NCBI GenBank assembly: GCA_951406725.2
Contig: OX597820.1
Span: 20,026,001-20,090,000 of the forward strand
Length of the DNA stretch: 64,000 nt
Source: Octopus vulgaris
Lineage: Eukaryota
Reading direction: 5' to 3'
This document shows, in pieces, positions 27,739-41,300 of this stretch. Positions within the stretch are counted from its first letter, which is position 1. Each line of letters starts with the position of its first letter. The notes beneath the pieces were generated by a model that worked only from the letters and a program-made list of their open reading frames with translations, was not told where the DNA came from and made no database searches. A program made the translations under genes and the position numbers.

Positions 27739-30669
27739 TAAATATGTATGTATATATAATCAAAATAAGCAACAAGGATATTCAGAGGTAATGCAGTACG
27801 ATCGGTTCATGCAACTCCAATTAATTGAACAATGCAATCATTACATCAATTTAAAATGCAGTGTAATCCTCAGCTGCACAAAGACATAAAATTTAATTAA
27901 ATTAGAACAGATGGACACATTAGTATAATTATACCTAAAATCTCCAAGAAATTAAGGATATAGACAAAAAACATGCTGCATTCACCTTAGCATTAGTTAC
28001 TATGGTATCAAGAAGATATACATTGTTACAGACTGCCTGTCTCTGATTTTTTTGTTTTTTATGGGGTCAGTTTTAATTTTAGACTAGTTTATCAAATCCT
28101 TGTATATCTAAGGCTGAGAGAACAAAGGGGCAGTATCTATTAGGGGTAGGGCTGAGGGAGAAGACAGAAATCATAGTTGGTATAGTCATAAAATCAAGAT
28201 TTATTAGAAGCAATATCATGAGGTTTGGTAAAGGAAAACTTAAACCAAGATGGTAGCTGACAATTAAGGGGGTTGCTCACTAGCAGACCATTAATAACGA
28301 AACAGAAGTCTTATCGTGTAGTACTAAAGTTAAATATTTTAAACAATGTTGCTATATTGCATACAGTTAAAGTTTAGGGTTATTCAGAGGATTATTAAGA
28401 AGAATATTTTAACAAAAGGATAGAAATTTATGAATACTTTTGAGTATATACCAAACTTTTATCACAATAGAAGGAGGAAAAGAAATTATCCAGAAATAGT
28501 TTAATATTTATACATATTGTACACTTAAATACTAACTCATCAGATGGTATCTGTGAATATTGATTAATTGGTATATACTGTTATTAATAAAGGAGTATTG
28601 AGGTAAAAGAACATGCTAAATATATATTAATAAAATTATAATCTAAGCAGTTTTTTATAAGTAGTGAATATACTAGAATATAAGCTAAGTATGAATTTAT
28701 AGAGGTACAAAAATTAGATTAATTTTATAAATAAATAAAGGCTAATTATAAAATAATAAAGAAATAAAATAATCAAGTAGGGCAGAACATCATGGAAAAG
28801 GAATAAAAATAGTTTAATTACTAAAACAATGGTAAAGTATATGTAGCTTATTAACACCAATAGAGAAGATTTATAGAAAATGTATAATAATTTAAAATAT
28901 ATTAGACTAAAAATTATATATTTACTTATTTAGCTAATATCAATAAAAGACTGATATCTGGTATCAGCTAAAGGAATATTTAAGTTATGGAACAATCATA
29001 TTTTACACTAATTTTTTAAAACTAAGGGTTATATTATAGGTTTAAGAAGTTATTATTCTTACTCCCTACATAATATTTATAGTTTCTTAGTAGTACTTGT
29101 TTAGAAGGGATGGACGGTTCGACTGGGGTCTGGGAAGCTGCACTAGGTCCCAATCTGATCTGGCAGTGTTTCTACAGCTGGATGCCCTTCCTAACGCCAA
29201 CCACTCCGTGAGTGTAGTGGGTGCTTTTTACGTTCCACTGGCACGAAGGGCCAGAGGAGTTGGCAATCGATCATGATCAGATGGTGCTTTTTACGTGCCA
29301 CCAGCACAGAAGCCAGTCAAGGTGGCACTGGCATCGGCCACGTTTGGATGGTGCTTTTTATGTGCTACCGGTACGGAAGCCAGGTAAGGTGGCACTGGCA
29401 TCAGCCACGTTTGGATGGTGCTTTTTATGTGCTACCGGTACGGAAGCCAGGTAAGGTGGCACTGGCATCAGCCACGTTTGGATGGTGCTTTTTATGTGCT
29501 ACCGGTACGTGAAGCCAGGTAAGGTGGCACTGGCATCGGCCACATTTGGATGGTGGTTTTTATGTGCTACCAGTACGGAAGCCAGATAAGGTGGCACTGG
29601 CATCGGCCACATTTGGATGGTGGTTTTTATGTGCTACCGGTACGGAAGCCAGGTAAGGTGGCACTGGCATCGGCCACGTTTGGATGGTGGTTTTTATGTG
29701 CTACCAGTACGGAAGCCAGATAAGGTGGCACTGGCATCGGCCACGTTTGGATGGTGCTTTTTATGTGCTACCGGTACGGAAGTCAGGTAAGGTGGCACTG
29801 GCATCGGCCACGTTTGGATGGTGCTTTTTATGTGCTACCGGTACGGAAGTCAGGTAAGGTGGCACTGGCATCAGCCACGTTTGGATGGTGGTTTTTATGT
29901 GCTACCGGTACGGAAGTCAGGTAAGGTGGCACTGGCATCGGCCACGTTTGGATGGTGGTTTTTATGTGCTACCGGTACGGAAGCCAGATAAGGTGGCACT
30001 GGCATCGGCCACATTTGGATGGTGCTTTTTATGTGCTACCAGTACGGAAGTCAGGTAAGGTGGCACTGGCATCGGCCACGTTTGGATGGTGCTTTTTACG
30101 TGCCACCAGCACAGAAGCCAGTCAAGGTGGCACTGGCATCGGCCACGTTTGGATGGTGCTTTTTATGTGCTACCGGTATGGAAGCCAAGTAAGGTGGCAC
30201 TGGCATCGGCCACGTTTGGATGGTGGTTTTTACGTGCTACCGGCATGGGGCTCATAACTACAATTTCCATTTGATTTGACTGATTTTGATATTGAAGATG
30301 TTGATGTACTTGACTCAATAGGTCTCCTCAAGCACAGCTTGTCACCCTACGATCCAAGTTCAGCTAAAGAAACTGAGAGAATAAGTACCAGACTTGAAAA
30401 AGAAGGGAAGTACTGGAGTTGATTCATTTGACTAAAGATCTTCAAGGGGGTGCCCCAGCATGGTCGCAGTCTAATGACTGAAACAAGCAAAAGATGAAAA
30501 AAACAAAAGGGCAGGAGTGGCTGTGTAGTAAGTAGCTTGCTTACCAACTACATGGTTCCAGGTTCAGTTCCACTGCATGGCACCTTGAGCAAGTGCCTTC
30601 TACTATAGCCTTGGGCTGACCAAAGCCTTGTGAGTGGATTTGGTAGATGGAAACTGAAAGAAGCCTGTC

Positions 30670-30733
<64 letters not shown>

Positions 30734-31695
30734 GTATGCTTGTATATTTGTGTTTGTCCTCCCATCATCGCTTAACAACCGATGCTAGTGTGTATACGTT
30801 CCCGTAACTTTTAACATTTTGGCAAAAGCGACTGATAGAATAAGTACTAGGCTTACAAAGAATAAGTCTTGGGATCGATTTGCTTGAATAAAGGAAGGCT
30901 CTAACATGGCCACAGTCAAATGACTGAAACAAGTAAAAGAATTTTTAAAATGTCATTGCATTAAATAACCAAGCATTCTTGGTATATTCTTAAATAAAGT
31001 AACATATTGCATATCATTTGAATACTAACCTCCATTATGATCAGATGAGGGCCCAGTATCTGAATTTCTTGTTGATCCTTTGGTTCTCTTCCAAGAAATT
31101 TGTGCACCTTGACTATTCTTCCAGCCACACAAATTCTTATCAAAGGAGCAATTAAAACCAGGAACTAGAATACATAAAATGCAAGGGTTAGATTTTACAT
31201 GTCATTTTTGTTGCCAGTTTAAAATAAATACTTTAGCAGTAGTGGTTTTTCAAAAAAAAAAAAAATCTATTATGTATGACTTTAGTTAAATTCTAAAATC
31301 TTGCTTTGATTTTTGTTAAATATGTGTGTGTGTTGTGTGTATTAGGGTTTGTGTGTGTGCGAACAAACAAACTGAAAATTTAAAAAAACCCAATCATTTT
31401 GTTGTATCTTGGGAGGATCCTTATATCAATTATAAACATGCACTGGTTTTATTTCACTTCAATTATTATTATTAGCCAATTAGCCAATTAGTGAACCAAT
31501 TAACTAATTGATTGTTTTGTTAATCTTTTGGTCAATCCATCAGTCAGTTAGGTCTGTGAAAGTCCAACTGTGTGGCACCTTGGGCAAGCGTCTTCAATTA
31601 ACACAACTTTTCGGCTGATATACCCTCCAGCCTTCTTCAGGTGTCTTGGGGAAATTTCGAACCTGGGTTCTCATTCCTAAGGTACATTTTAATGA

Positions 31696-31746
<51 letters not shown>

Positions 31747-31752
31747 CATTAC

Positions 31753-31789
<37 letters not shown>

Positions 31790-34477
31790 TAGGTCACTGC
31801 TTGGAATCGAACTTGGAATCTTAACCACCATGCCATATGCTCATGAGCATATCATGTAGTGGTTAAGAGTGTGGGCTACTAACCCCAAGATTCTGAGTTC
31901 AATTCCAAGCAGTGACCTGAACAATTATAATAATAATAATGATAATAATAATAATAATAATAATAACATCAAAAAATATCTTAGGAATGAGAGACCAGGT
32001 TCGAAATTTCTCCAAGACACCTGATGAAGGCTGGAGGGTATATCAGCCGAAACGTTGTGTTGACAACAAACAAGATGAGGACAAATATCCGTCAATTGCA
32101 AATAATGTAAATAATGTATAAAAGATGTTGTTAATGAATGGGTGGGTGAGTTAATAAGTGTTGAGGGTAGATAAGTAGGTGAGACAAGAGAAAGGTAAGA
32201 GTAGGTGACAACTGCATTAAAATTGAGTAGGGTAATTTGGCATCAGTACATTTGCAAGGTTTGTATGTTTTACTTATGGCTGCATGTCTAGACATGTGCG
32301 TGTATCACTAATGAAACATCAATTAAAATAAGCTAGACATAAAGATTTTCAAATTACTTTTAATTAGTGGGCTTGCTGTTGTTGTTGGTGTTACATCTGG
32401 TGAGGCTTTGGGAGGCAGAGTTGCACATTGCTTTGTGGTCGTGAACTTCATATCATCTAAGGCAATGTCACCAGCATAATTTGGGCCTCGGTTCCCTTTT
32501 ATTTTGACCTGAAATCAAAGCACACATTCTCTTGACAATAAAAATAAACAAAGGGATAATCAAAATATAAAATTAAATTTTAAAAAAAATTCAAAATCTG
32601 AACTCTATGCAGGTGCAAGAGTGGCTGTGTGGTAAAAAGTTTGCTTGCCAACAACATAATTCCAGTTTCAGTCCCACACAATGTGGCACCTTAGGCAGGT
32701 GTCACCTACTACACTGTACTTGGGTAGCAACTGCTATTTCCTATTTGCTTAACCCTAGAAAGTATGAAAAATGGCTAATATTTCCTTTAAACTTTGCTTT
32801 TGTTATGATATTTATTCAAACCCCAAAGAATCTCCCTCAACACGTGACTATGATTATGATGCTCCCCGACTACTCTTGCTCATGATCAGAGATGCACTTA
32901 TTGTCGGCTTCAAAGGGACATGCTCAAGTGGTTAAAGTCAAGCAACTGACAAGCAAATCTGTGGTATTGAGCAGAATATTTGCTATAATGATGTTTGTGC
33001 ATCAGCAACTCAGCACTGAATCTGTCTGAAATGTAATGGAAAATAGGTCAGTTTCAAAACACTGATGTCCTGGTCACAAAAGCAAAGTTTGAAGGGAATA
33101 GTAATCATTTCCTTTGATTTCTAGATAGAAGCAATTAGGAAGTCACACTTCCTGACCAAGGCTAAAAAAAACAAAGCCTTGAGAGTAGATTTGCTAGACA
33201 GAAACAGAAAAAGCCCACTGTATATATATATATACTATCCGAATCATGGCCAATGCCAGCGCCGCCTCGACTGGCTTCCATGTCGGTGGCACATAAAAAG
33301 CACCATCCGAATCGTGGCCGAAGCCAGTGCCGCCTCGACTGGCTTCCGTGCAGGTGGCACGTAAAATGCACCAATCCGACCGTGGCCGATGCCAGCCTCT
33401 CCTGGCACCTGTGCAGGTGGCACGTAAAAAGCACCCACTACACTCACGGAGTGGTTGGCATTAGGAAGGGCATCCAGCTGTAGAAACATTGCCAGATAAG
33501 ACCGGAGCCTGGTGCAGCCTTCTGGCTTCCCAGATCCCCGGTCGAACCGTCCAACCCATGCTAGCATGGAGAACGGACATTAAACGATGATGAACGATTT
33601 ATATAAGTTCTAATAATTGTGAGCATAATTATAATTTGGGTTCAGCAAAATTTGCTTCACCACATACCAAAATTTAGAAATAGCAGTTAAAATACTATCC
33701 TACAACCATAAGATATCTCCCAGACAACAATACTCTACAACTCATGCAGGTAAAGAGAAACAAATACCGAATACACCCAGCTTTGATTAACTGCATACAT
33801 TGATTAACTGCATACAAAGAAGCTTGAGAGGCGGTTGGATGGAACCTACACTCGCCTCCTTATGAGAGCTCAAAATCTCTCGTGGAGGCGCCATCCAACT
33901 AAAATGCAAATATATGGGAAATTACTACCTGTGTCATCTCTTGTGAAAGGTAGGAGAGTCCAGTTTGCTGGACATTGTTGTAGAGCTGAAAAAGAAGTAA
34001 TTTCTACTCTTCTCCTCTGGAAGCCATCTACTCGCAACACCAGAGGGCGCACACTCTCCTACCCTGATGTAATCTCCAGGGATACAGGCATCCAGCAACA
34101 GGACCTCCGTAATGCTATGATGGACCGTGAAGTCTGGCGCAACATGGTAAATTCCATTGTCTCGACCACGGTCGAACAATGATGATGATGCATACATGTT
34201 TCAGGGTTAAAGAGATGTAAAAAAATGTAAAATCATATTTCTACTCACTTATTCCCTTCCTCAGTACAGTATTTCAAATTTTAAATCCGAGAGCACTGAT
34301 ATTTTAACTGCTATTTCTAAATTTCGGTATGTGGTGAAGCAAACTTTGCTGAACCCTAATTATAATTATTCTCATAATTATAGAATTTTTGTACAAGTTT
34401 ACCGATTATGGTTCTTTTACATACCGAACTACTTGGTAAGATTATTAATTATTGATTGATTAATTAATTTTACCCTT

Positions 34478-34520
<43 letters not shown>

Positions 34521-34935
34521 ATTTGATATATATTTAAAATAATATAAATTAATTAATTTTATGTATTGGGTTATGTTTTTCATTGTTTGATTTGCCTAAT
34601 AGTGGTTTTATCTCTAATTTAATATAATATAATATAATATATTTTACTATAAAATTGGATTTAGTCCTAAATCTGATTTTTCCCTGTAAGTTTGGATTTA
34701 TTCCCTAATATTTTATTATATATATATATATATATATTCATATATACAGTGGCATGTTGTTGTGGTTTTAGAGTTGTTTGATGTCCATTTCTAGCATGCT
34801 GGTGCTGTTTCTCAATAATCTTAATTATAATTACATAATTATATAGCTATATTAATTCTTACCTATATGGTTTTTATTATATGCTGGCCACTGATAGGAT
34901 CGTTATTTTTATAATGATTTTATTATTAATTATGT

Positions 34936-34974
<39 letters not shown>

Positions 34975-36177
34975 CACGTGTATGTGTGTGTGTGTGTATG
35001 CATGTATATATATATATGTATATATAAATGAAAAAATGTACAGTAAATAAACATATGACATAACATATACTTAGTTTAAAACCAGATTGGAGACAAACAC
35101 AATGATGATGATGACGACAATAATGATGACGACAGTGATGAGGATGACGATGACAACGACGATGACAATGACAACAAAGACGATGACGGTGACGACAACA
35201 ACAACAACGATGATGACGAAATGCTGAAAAGACAAAGTGAAGGTGAAATTGATCTCCTCACTTACTCTGAAAGGATTGGCAATATTTTTTAGGTTTGTTT
35301 GGCCCTTCATCCAACCTGATCCTTGATGCCCAGCTAAATGCCAAATCAAATCTTCATCACCATTTTGGCTAGAGAACATTTGCAAGCTGGAATTTTTTGC
35401 TTTGTTGATGTAATAATAAAACTCAAAGCATTTTTTCGAGGTCGAGGGTGAAAATTGTTGACTTTCTAAAATGGCTGCTTGATTTGATTGAGAACTGTCG
35501 TACTTCTGTATTATGGTCGGTTCCAAGAACAGGTAGGACCCTAGACAGAGAGAGAGAGAGAAAATGTTGACATATATTTAGTTTGAAATAATGTTTAAAG
35601 GAAACAATTCAATATAAAGCAATAGAAGGAATTTCAACCATGTTTTGTGGTCTGCACCTTTATAGGATCCACTTAGCTCAAGATATCATCAGGAGGAACC
35701 ACATCTGGTTTCGGCCCCTACTCCTCTAACGTTTTGACGTGGTGGCCCTCCCCCCTTTCGGAGGTGTCTTCAGCTCTGGTGTTGAGTGTTTGTCTTCTTT
35801 TTCCTTCTTTCTTCTGTTCCCTGGCCTCTTCGATGTAGCGTCAATGAGTGTTAGCTACATCGAAGAGGCCAGGGAACAGAAGAAAGAACATTTTTTTAAA
35901 GTAATCAGAATATCGTGTATGTTTTATCCATAGCTTGTGGCCATGCTGGGGCATCACCTTGAAGAATTTTCTGCTGAATGAATTAATCCCAGTATTCATT
36001 TTCTTAGGAGTGGCTGTGTGGTAAGTAGCTTGCTTACCAACCACATGACCCTGGGTTCAGTCCTACTGCGTGGCACCTTGGCCAAGTGTCTTCTACTATA
36101 GCCTCAGGCTGACCAAACAACCAAATCCTTGTGAGTTGATTTGGTAGATGGAAACTGAAAGAAGCTCATCGTATATA

Positions 36178-36224
<47 letters not shown>

Positions 36225-36526
36225 ATATGTTTGTGTGTCTGTGTTTGTCCCCCCACCCAACATCACTGGACAACCAATGCTGGTGTGTTTACGTCCCCGT
36301 AACGTAGTGGTTCGGCAAAAGATGCCGATAGAATAAGTACTAGGCTTACAAAGAATAAGTCCTGGGGTCGATTTGCTCGACTAAAGGCGGAGCTCCAGCA
36401 TGGCCACAGTCAAATGACTGAAACGAGTAAAAGAGTAAGCCTGGTACTTATTTTATCTGTCTCTTTTGCTGAACTGCTATGTTATGGAGAAGTAAACACT
36501 AGTTGTCAAGCAGTGTTAAGGTACAA

Positions 36527-36569
<43 letters not shown>

Positions 36570-37286
36570 TGATGGGCTTCTTTCAGTTTCCATCTACCAA
36601 GTTGACTCACAAGGCTTTGGTCAGGCACTTTCCTTTTGATTAAATAGTCATTTCTGCTACAAGTACAAGATCTAAAATTTTTGGGAGAGGGTGGCAAGTC
36701 GATTACATTGACCCCAGTTTCCAACTGGTATTTATTTTATCAACCCTTGAAAAGATGACAAAACAAAATTGACCCAGGTGGCATTTGAACCCAGAACGTA
36801 AAGACTGACGAAATGCCACTAACGACTCTGCCAACTCACTGCCTTAAAGAAAATTGCTTCTGATGCCATGTAGTGGGATTGAAACACTGACCACATAATC
36901 ATGAGATAAACTTTTTCAACAATTTAACCATGCTCATTTTCTTCTTTATATAATAAAAGAATAGAAACATTCCTTTCTCTCTCCCTCTCCCTCTCTGTCC
37001 CCCTCTCCTTCTCTCTATCTCTCCCTCTCTCTCTCTCTCTCCCTCTCTCTCTATCTCTCCCATTCTCTCTCCCCTTCTCTCTACCTCTATCTATTTATCT
37101 CTCCCCTTCTCCCTCTCTCTCAAAATATAAAAGAAATTATAAGGCATAGGTGTCTGGTAACAAGTTTGCTTCCCAACCACAGGGTTCTGAGTTCAGTCTC
37201 ACTGCATGGCCCCTTGGGCAAGTGTCTTGTGAGCCTTGTGAGGGGATTTGGTAGATGGAAATTGAAAGAAGCCTGTTGCACATCTG

Positions 37287-37363
<77 letters not shown>

Positions 37364-37364
37364 C

Positions 37365-37412
<48 letters not shown>

Positions 37413-37413
37413 A

Positions 37414-37497
<84 letters not shown>

Positions 37498-38273
37498 TTA
37501 TCTATCTAACGTTCTATCTATTTACCTATTTCTCTATCTCTCTATCTATCTGCATGTCCATCTGTCTGTCTCTGTGTTTGTCTGTCTGTCTGTCTGTCTG
37601 TCTATATATATGAGTGTGTCTGTGTGTGTCTTTGTATCTGTGTTTGTCCTTCACTATTGCTTGACAACCAGTGTTGGTGTGTTTACATCCTTGTAACTTA
37701 GCAGATTGACAAAAGACACTGATAGAATAAGTACCGGGCTTTAAAAAAAAAAAAAAAATAAATATTGAAGTCAGTTCATTAGACCAAAAATTCATCAAAG
37801 CGGTACTCCAGCATGGTCACACTCTAGTGACAGAAATAAGTAAAACTTAATGGAAAGATATAAATTGCAAAAAATTATGTATTATCGAAACTATACATAC
37901 CTGCAGTTGTAGAAGATGTATGATCCTTAGATGGTCCATAAAGTGATGTATATTTTCCTGAACTTATCACCCAATCAAAATCATCTTTATTTTTATTTTC
38001 CCATTCACATTTACCATTTTCAAAATTGCATGAATCTGAAAAAAGTCACCAAAAAAAAAATGATGGTATTTTCTAGCATATGAGCTAACGTAGTATATAC
38101 TGTAGACATGAATAAAAACTGTCCAAACATCATCCTTATATTTCCAAAATCTTGCTGCTTTTCCCAAAGAATTTTTTGGTCACCCAAAGTTGTCTTGGTG
38201 AAAAAATTGACTGACTTCTTTTTGGCTGTAAATGTTGGTCAAATTAAATTTGTTTGCCAGAGAATATGATGTT

Positions 38274-38365
<92 letters not shown>

Positions 38366-41300
38366 TATAAAATATAAAATGGGACAAGAACGCAAAACAT
38401 CTGGACAACTAGGTGATACAAAAAAGGACAAAACATCCAGATAGACGATACAAAGAAAACAAGGACGGTTCATTCGAAGTTTTCTATCTTCAGTCAAGAA
38501 CCAGATTATCCTCACAATTTCGGCTGCCATACATACATACATGCATGCATGCATACATACATGCATGCATACATACATGCATGCATGCATGCATACATAC
38601 ATACATACATACATGCATGCATGCATGCATACATACATACATGCATGCATACATACATACATGCAAGCATGCATACATGCATGCATACACACATACATGC
38701 ATACATACATACTTATATATGATGATGATGACAATGATAATGATAATGATGGTGGTGGTGGAAGTAGTAGTGGTGGTGGTGAGGGTGACAGGGTAAACTG
38801 AATGATGTTAATTGTACATGCCAGGAATAGTATTCAGTGTTAGGGACAGGATATCAACCTTTTAGAATTACTGTTAATTTAGCAGTAATTCTCCTACTCT
38901 GAAAAGCAATTAACAAAACACTTTGAAAAAGAAGTTGTATGTATATGATATATTCCAACCTGGTTTGATAGTGCAGGGCTTATTTGATACAAAAACATCA
39001 TCGATGGCAACGTTCAGAGAATAACCAGGGCCAGCAATACCAACGAATTCAATTCGGATATGCTTTCCAGAATGGTCATCAATATTTAGATTAGCTTCAT
39101 TCCATTGATTGCCTTGGTCTTCTGAAAAAGAGATAAAAATATAAAGATATTATTACAGCAGATCTAGATGCCACCGGAGGCATAGCCAGATTCTAAAGTT
39201 AGGGAGAGTGAGCACGCAAAACAAAAGGTGCTGTGAAACCATTTGTGTGATAGTAATGTTTATTTACGAGGTGGTATCAAAATGTTCCTGGATTTGTTCT
39301 ATATCGCACCAACAGACGGCAGCACATGGTTGTGTGTACAGTGAAAGCTAGCAGTGACCCTCACGAGGCAGTGTGCCATGTGGCATCACTGAGTTTACTT
39401 TGCCAGTTGTGAAATGTGTGTTTTTGTGATCATGTGTATGGGGCAATGTGTGATTTTGTTATGGAGGAAGTTGGAACAAAGAGCCAAGGTGAAGTTTTGC
39501 ATTAAACTTGGATAGTCTGCTACAGAGACATTGAAAATGCTTTGGCAAACTTACAGCAATGAAGCAATGGGTCATATGCAATGTTTCAAGTGACGCGGGT
39601 GCTTCAAAAGTGGAAGGACTTCCCTAGGAGACAATGAGTGATCTGGAAGGCCTGTCATGAGCGTCACCTTTGAAATTATGGTATTGCGCATTGAGAATTC
39701 ATATCTTGGGCCACACCACCAATCGAGAGTTCTACTGTGATGTTTTGAAACATTTGGTGAAAGAGACCAGATCTGTGAAGTGTGAAGAATTGAATTCTCC
39801 ACCGAGCTCTCCTAACTCGTGTGTTTCTCACCAAAAACAACATGGTATCACTTTTGCACCTGTCGTATTCACCTGCAGATTTCAGTCTCTTGCCCAAGAT
39901 GAAAAGGCAGACTAAAAGCTTGCTGTTTTAACACCATTGACAAGACCCAGAATGATTTGCAGAAGGTTCCTGACTCACTTATGGAAAACGACTTCCAGTC
40001 TGAATCCTAAAATTGGCAGGAACACTAGAGTTGGTATATTGCTGTGCAAGGTGACTATTTCGAAGAAGATGATGTTAAAACTAGGCGCAGGAGCGGCTGT
40101 GTGGTAAGTAGCTTGCTTATGAACCACATGGTTCCGGGTTCAGTCCCACTGTGTGGCACATTGAGCAAGTGTCTTCTACTATAGCCTCAGGCTGACCAAA
40201 GCCTTGTGAGTGGATTTGGTAGACGAAAACTGAAAGAAGCCCGTCACATATATGTATATATGTGTGTGTGTGTGTCTGTGTTTGTCCCTGCAACATCGCT
40301 TGACAACCAATGCTGGTGTGTTCACGTCCCCGTAACATAGCGGTTCGGCAAAAGAGACTGATAGAATAAATACTAGGCTTACAAAGAATAAGTCCTGGGG
40401 TCGATTTGCCCCCGTGTACTGTAAACATGAGAGACATTCTACCATCATCAATACACAAACCTTATAGAGGCAATGTACAGCAGGCATTTTATATTCTAAA
40501 TGCTGTTATTCAATATTATTCCAAAGTCATTTAATGAAATCAATATTTAAAATTTTCAGTAATTTTTAAGTTTCAATTAGGGTAGTTTTCAGATTAATTA
40601 AGTTTAGAAACTGAAAGAATACAATAAATGATGTCTTATACAAAATGAGATAGGCTTATAATAATTAAGGAAAAAAAAAATTAATTGGGTTAAAAGAATA
40701 ATTTATAGTCAATAATTTTAAAGATTTTCTTACCATTCTTCATCCAAATTACTTTTGGAGATGTAAAACCATCCTGTTCACTCACATATTGGACCATTAA
40801 CGAACCAGATGCTTTCCCATAGAGGAAATACCAAAATGTTACACAAACTGCAGAGTTTTGACTATAAAAAGCTGGTGTACTCATAACTGCTTTATCATCA
40901 GGTTTAAGTCGAGAGTTGCCTCTTATGTACATGTAATGACCTACAATAAAAAATATACAAACTTAAGAGCTGGTCAAAGCTTTTAATCTTGTTTTCTTCC
41001 TATAAGAGCAGGGCCATTTTAGCAGCATTATAGTCCCTTGCGCAAACCAATGCCCTGGGCCTTATAATATCTATTTATTGATATGTTTTGATATTTATTT
41101 ATTGATATTTATTGACAGGTGCAGCGTGGCTGTGTGGTAAGAAGCTTGCTTCCCGACCTCATGGTTCTGGGTTCAGTCCCACTGCATGGTACCTTGGGCA
41201 AATGTCTTCTACTATAGTCTCGGGCCGACCAAAGCCTTGTGAATAGATTTGGTAGTTGGAAACTGAAAGAAGCCCATTGTATATATAAATAAATATAAAT

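Larger units (their letters stand above)
31598..32118. mobile_element. Head-to-head palindromic pair of tRNA-headed, hammerhead-bearing short elements; third, decayed copy about 43970-44145(+)
   Basis: Symmetry centre atatgctcatgagcatat (31835-31852); each arm is a tRNA-like head, (AAT)n, conserved body and hammerhead motif. Confidence 0.8.

Noticed and set aside
29278-30245. Possible CRISPR array or repeat protein
   Set aside because: Contiguous 67-bp units without spacers, not a multiple of 3, and inside a SINE-like element.
31845-31920. Functional tRNA gene (also other tRNA-like heads)
   Set aside because: A and B boxes are present but acceptor and anticodon stems pair poorly, and each is fused to a repeat body. 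These are SINE heads.
35685-35790. Hammerhead fragments on the minus strand (ctgaaga...aaaacgtt; gaaaccagatgtggtt...ctgatga)
   Set aside because: No compatible stem I could be drawn and one GAAA is broken.
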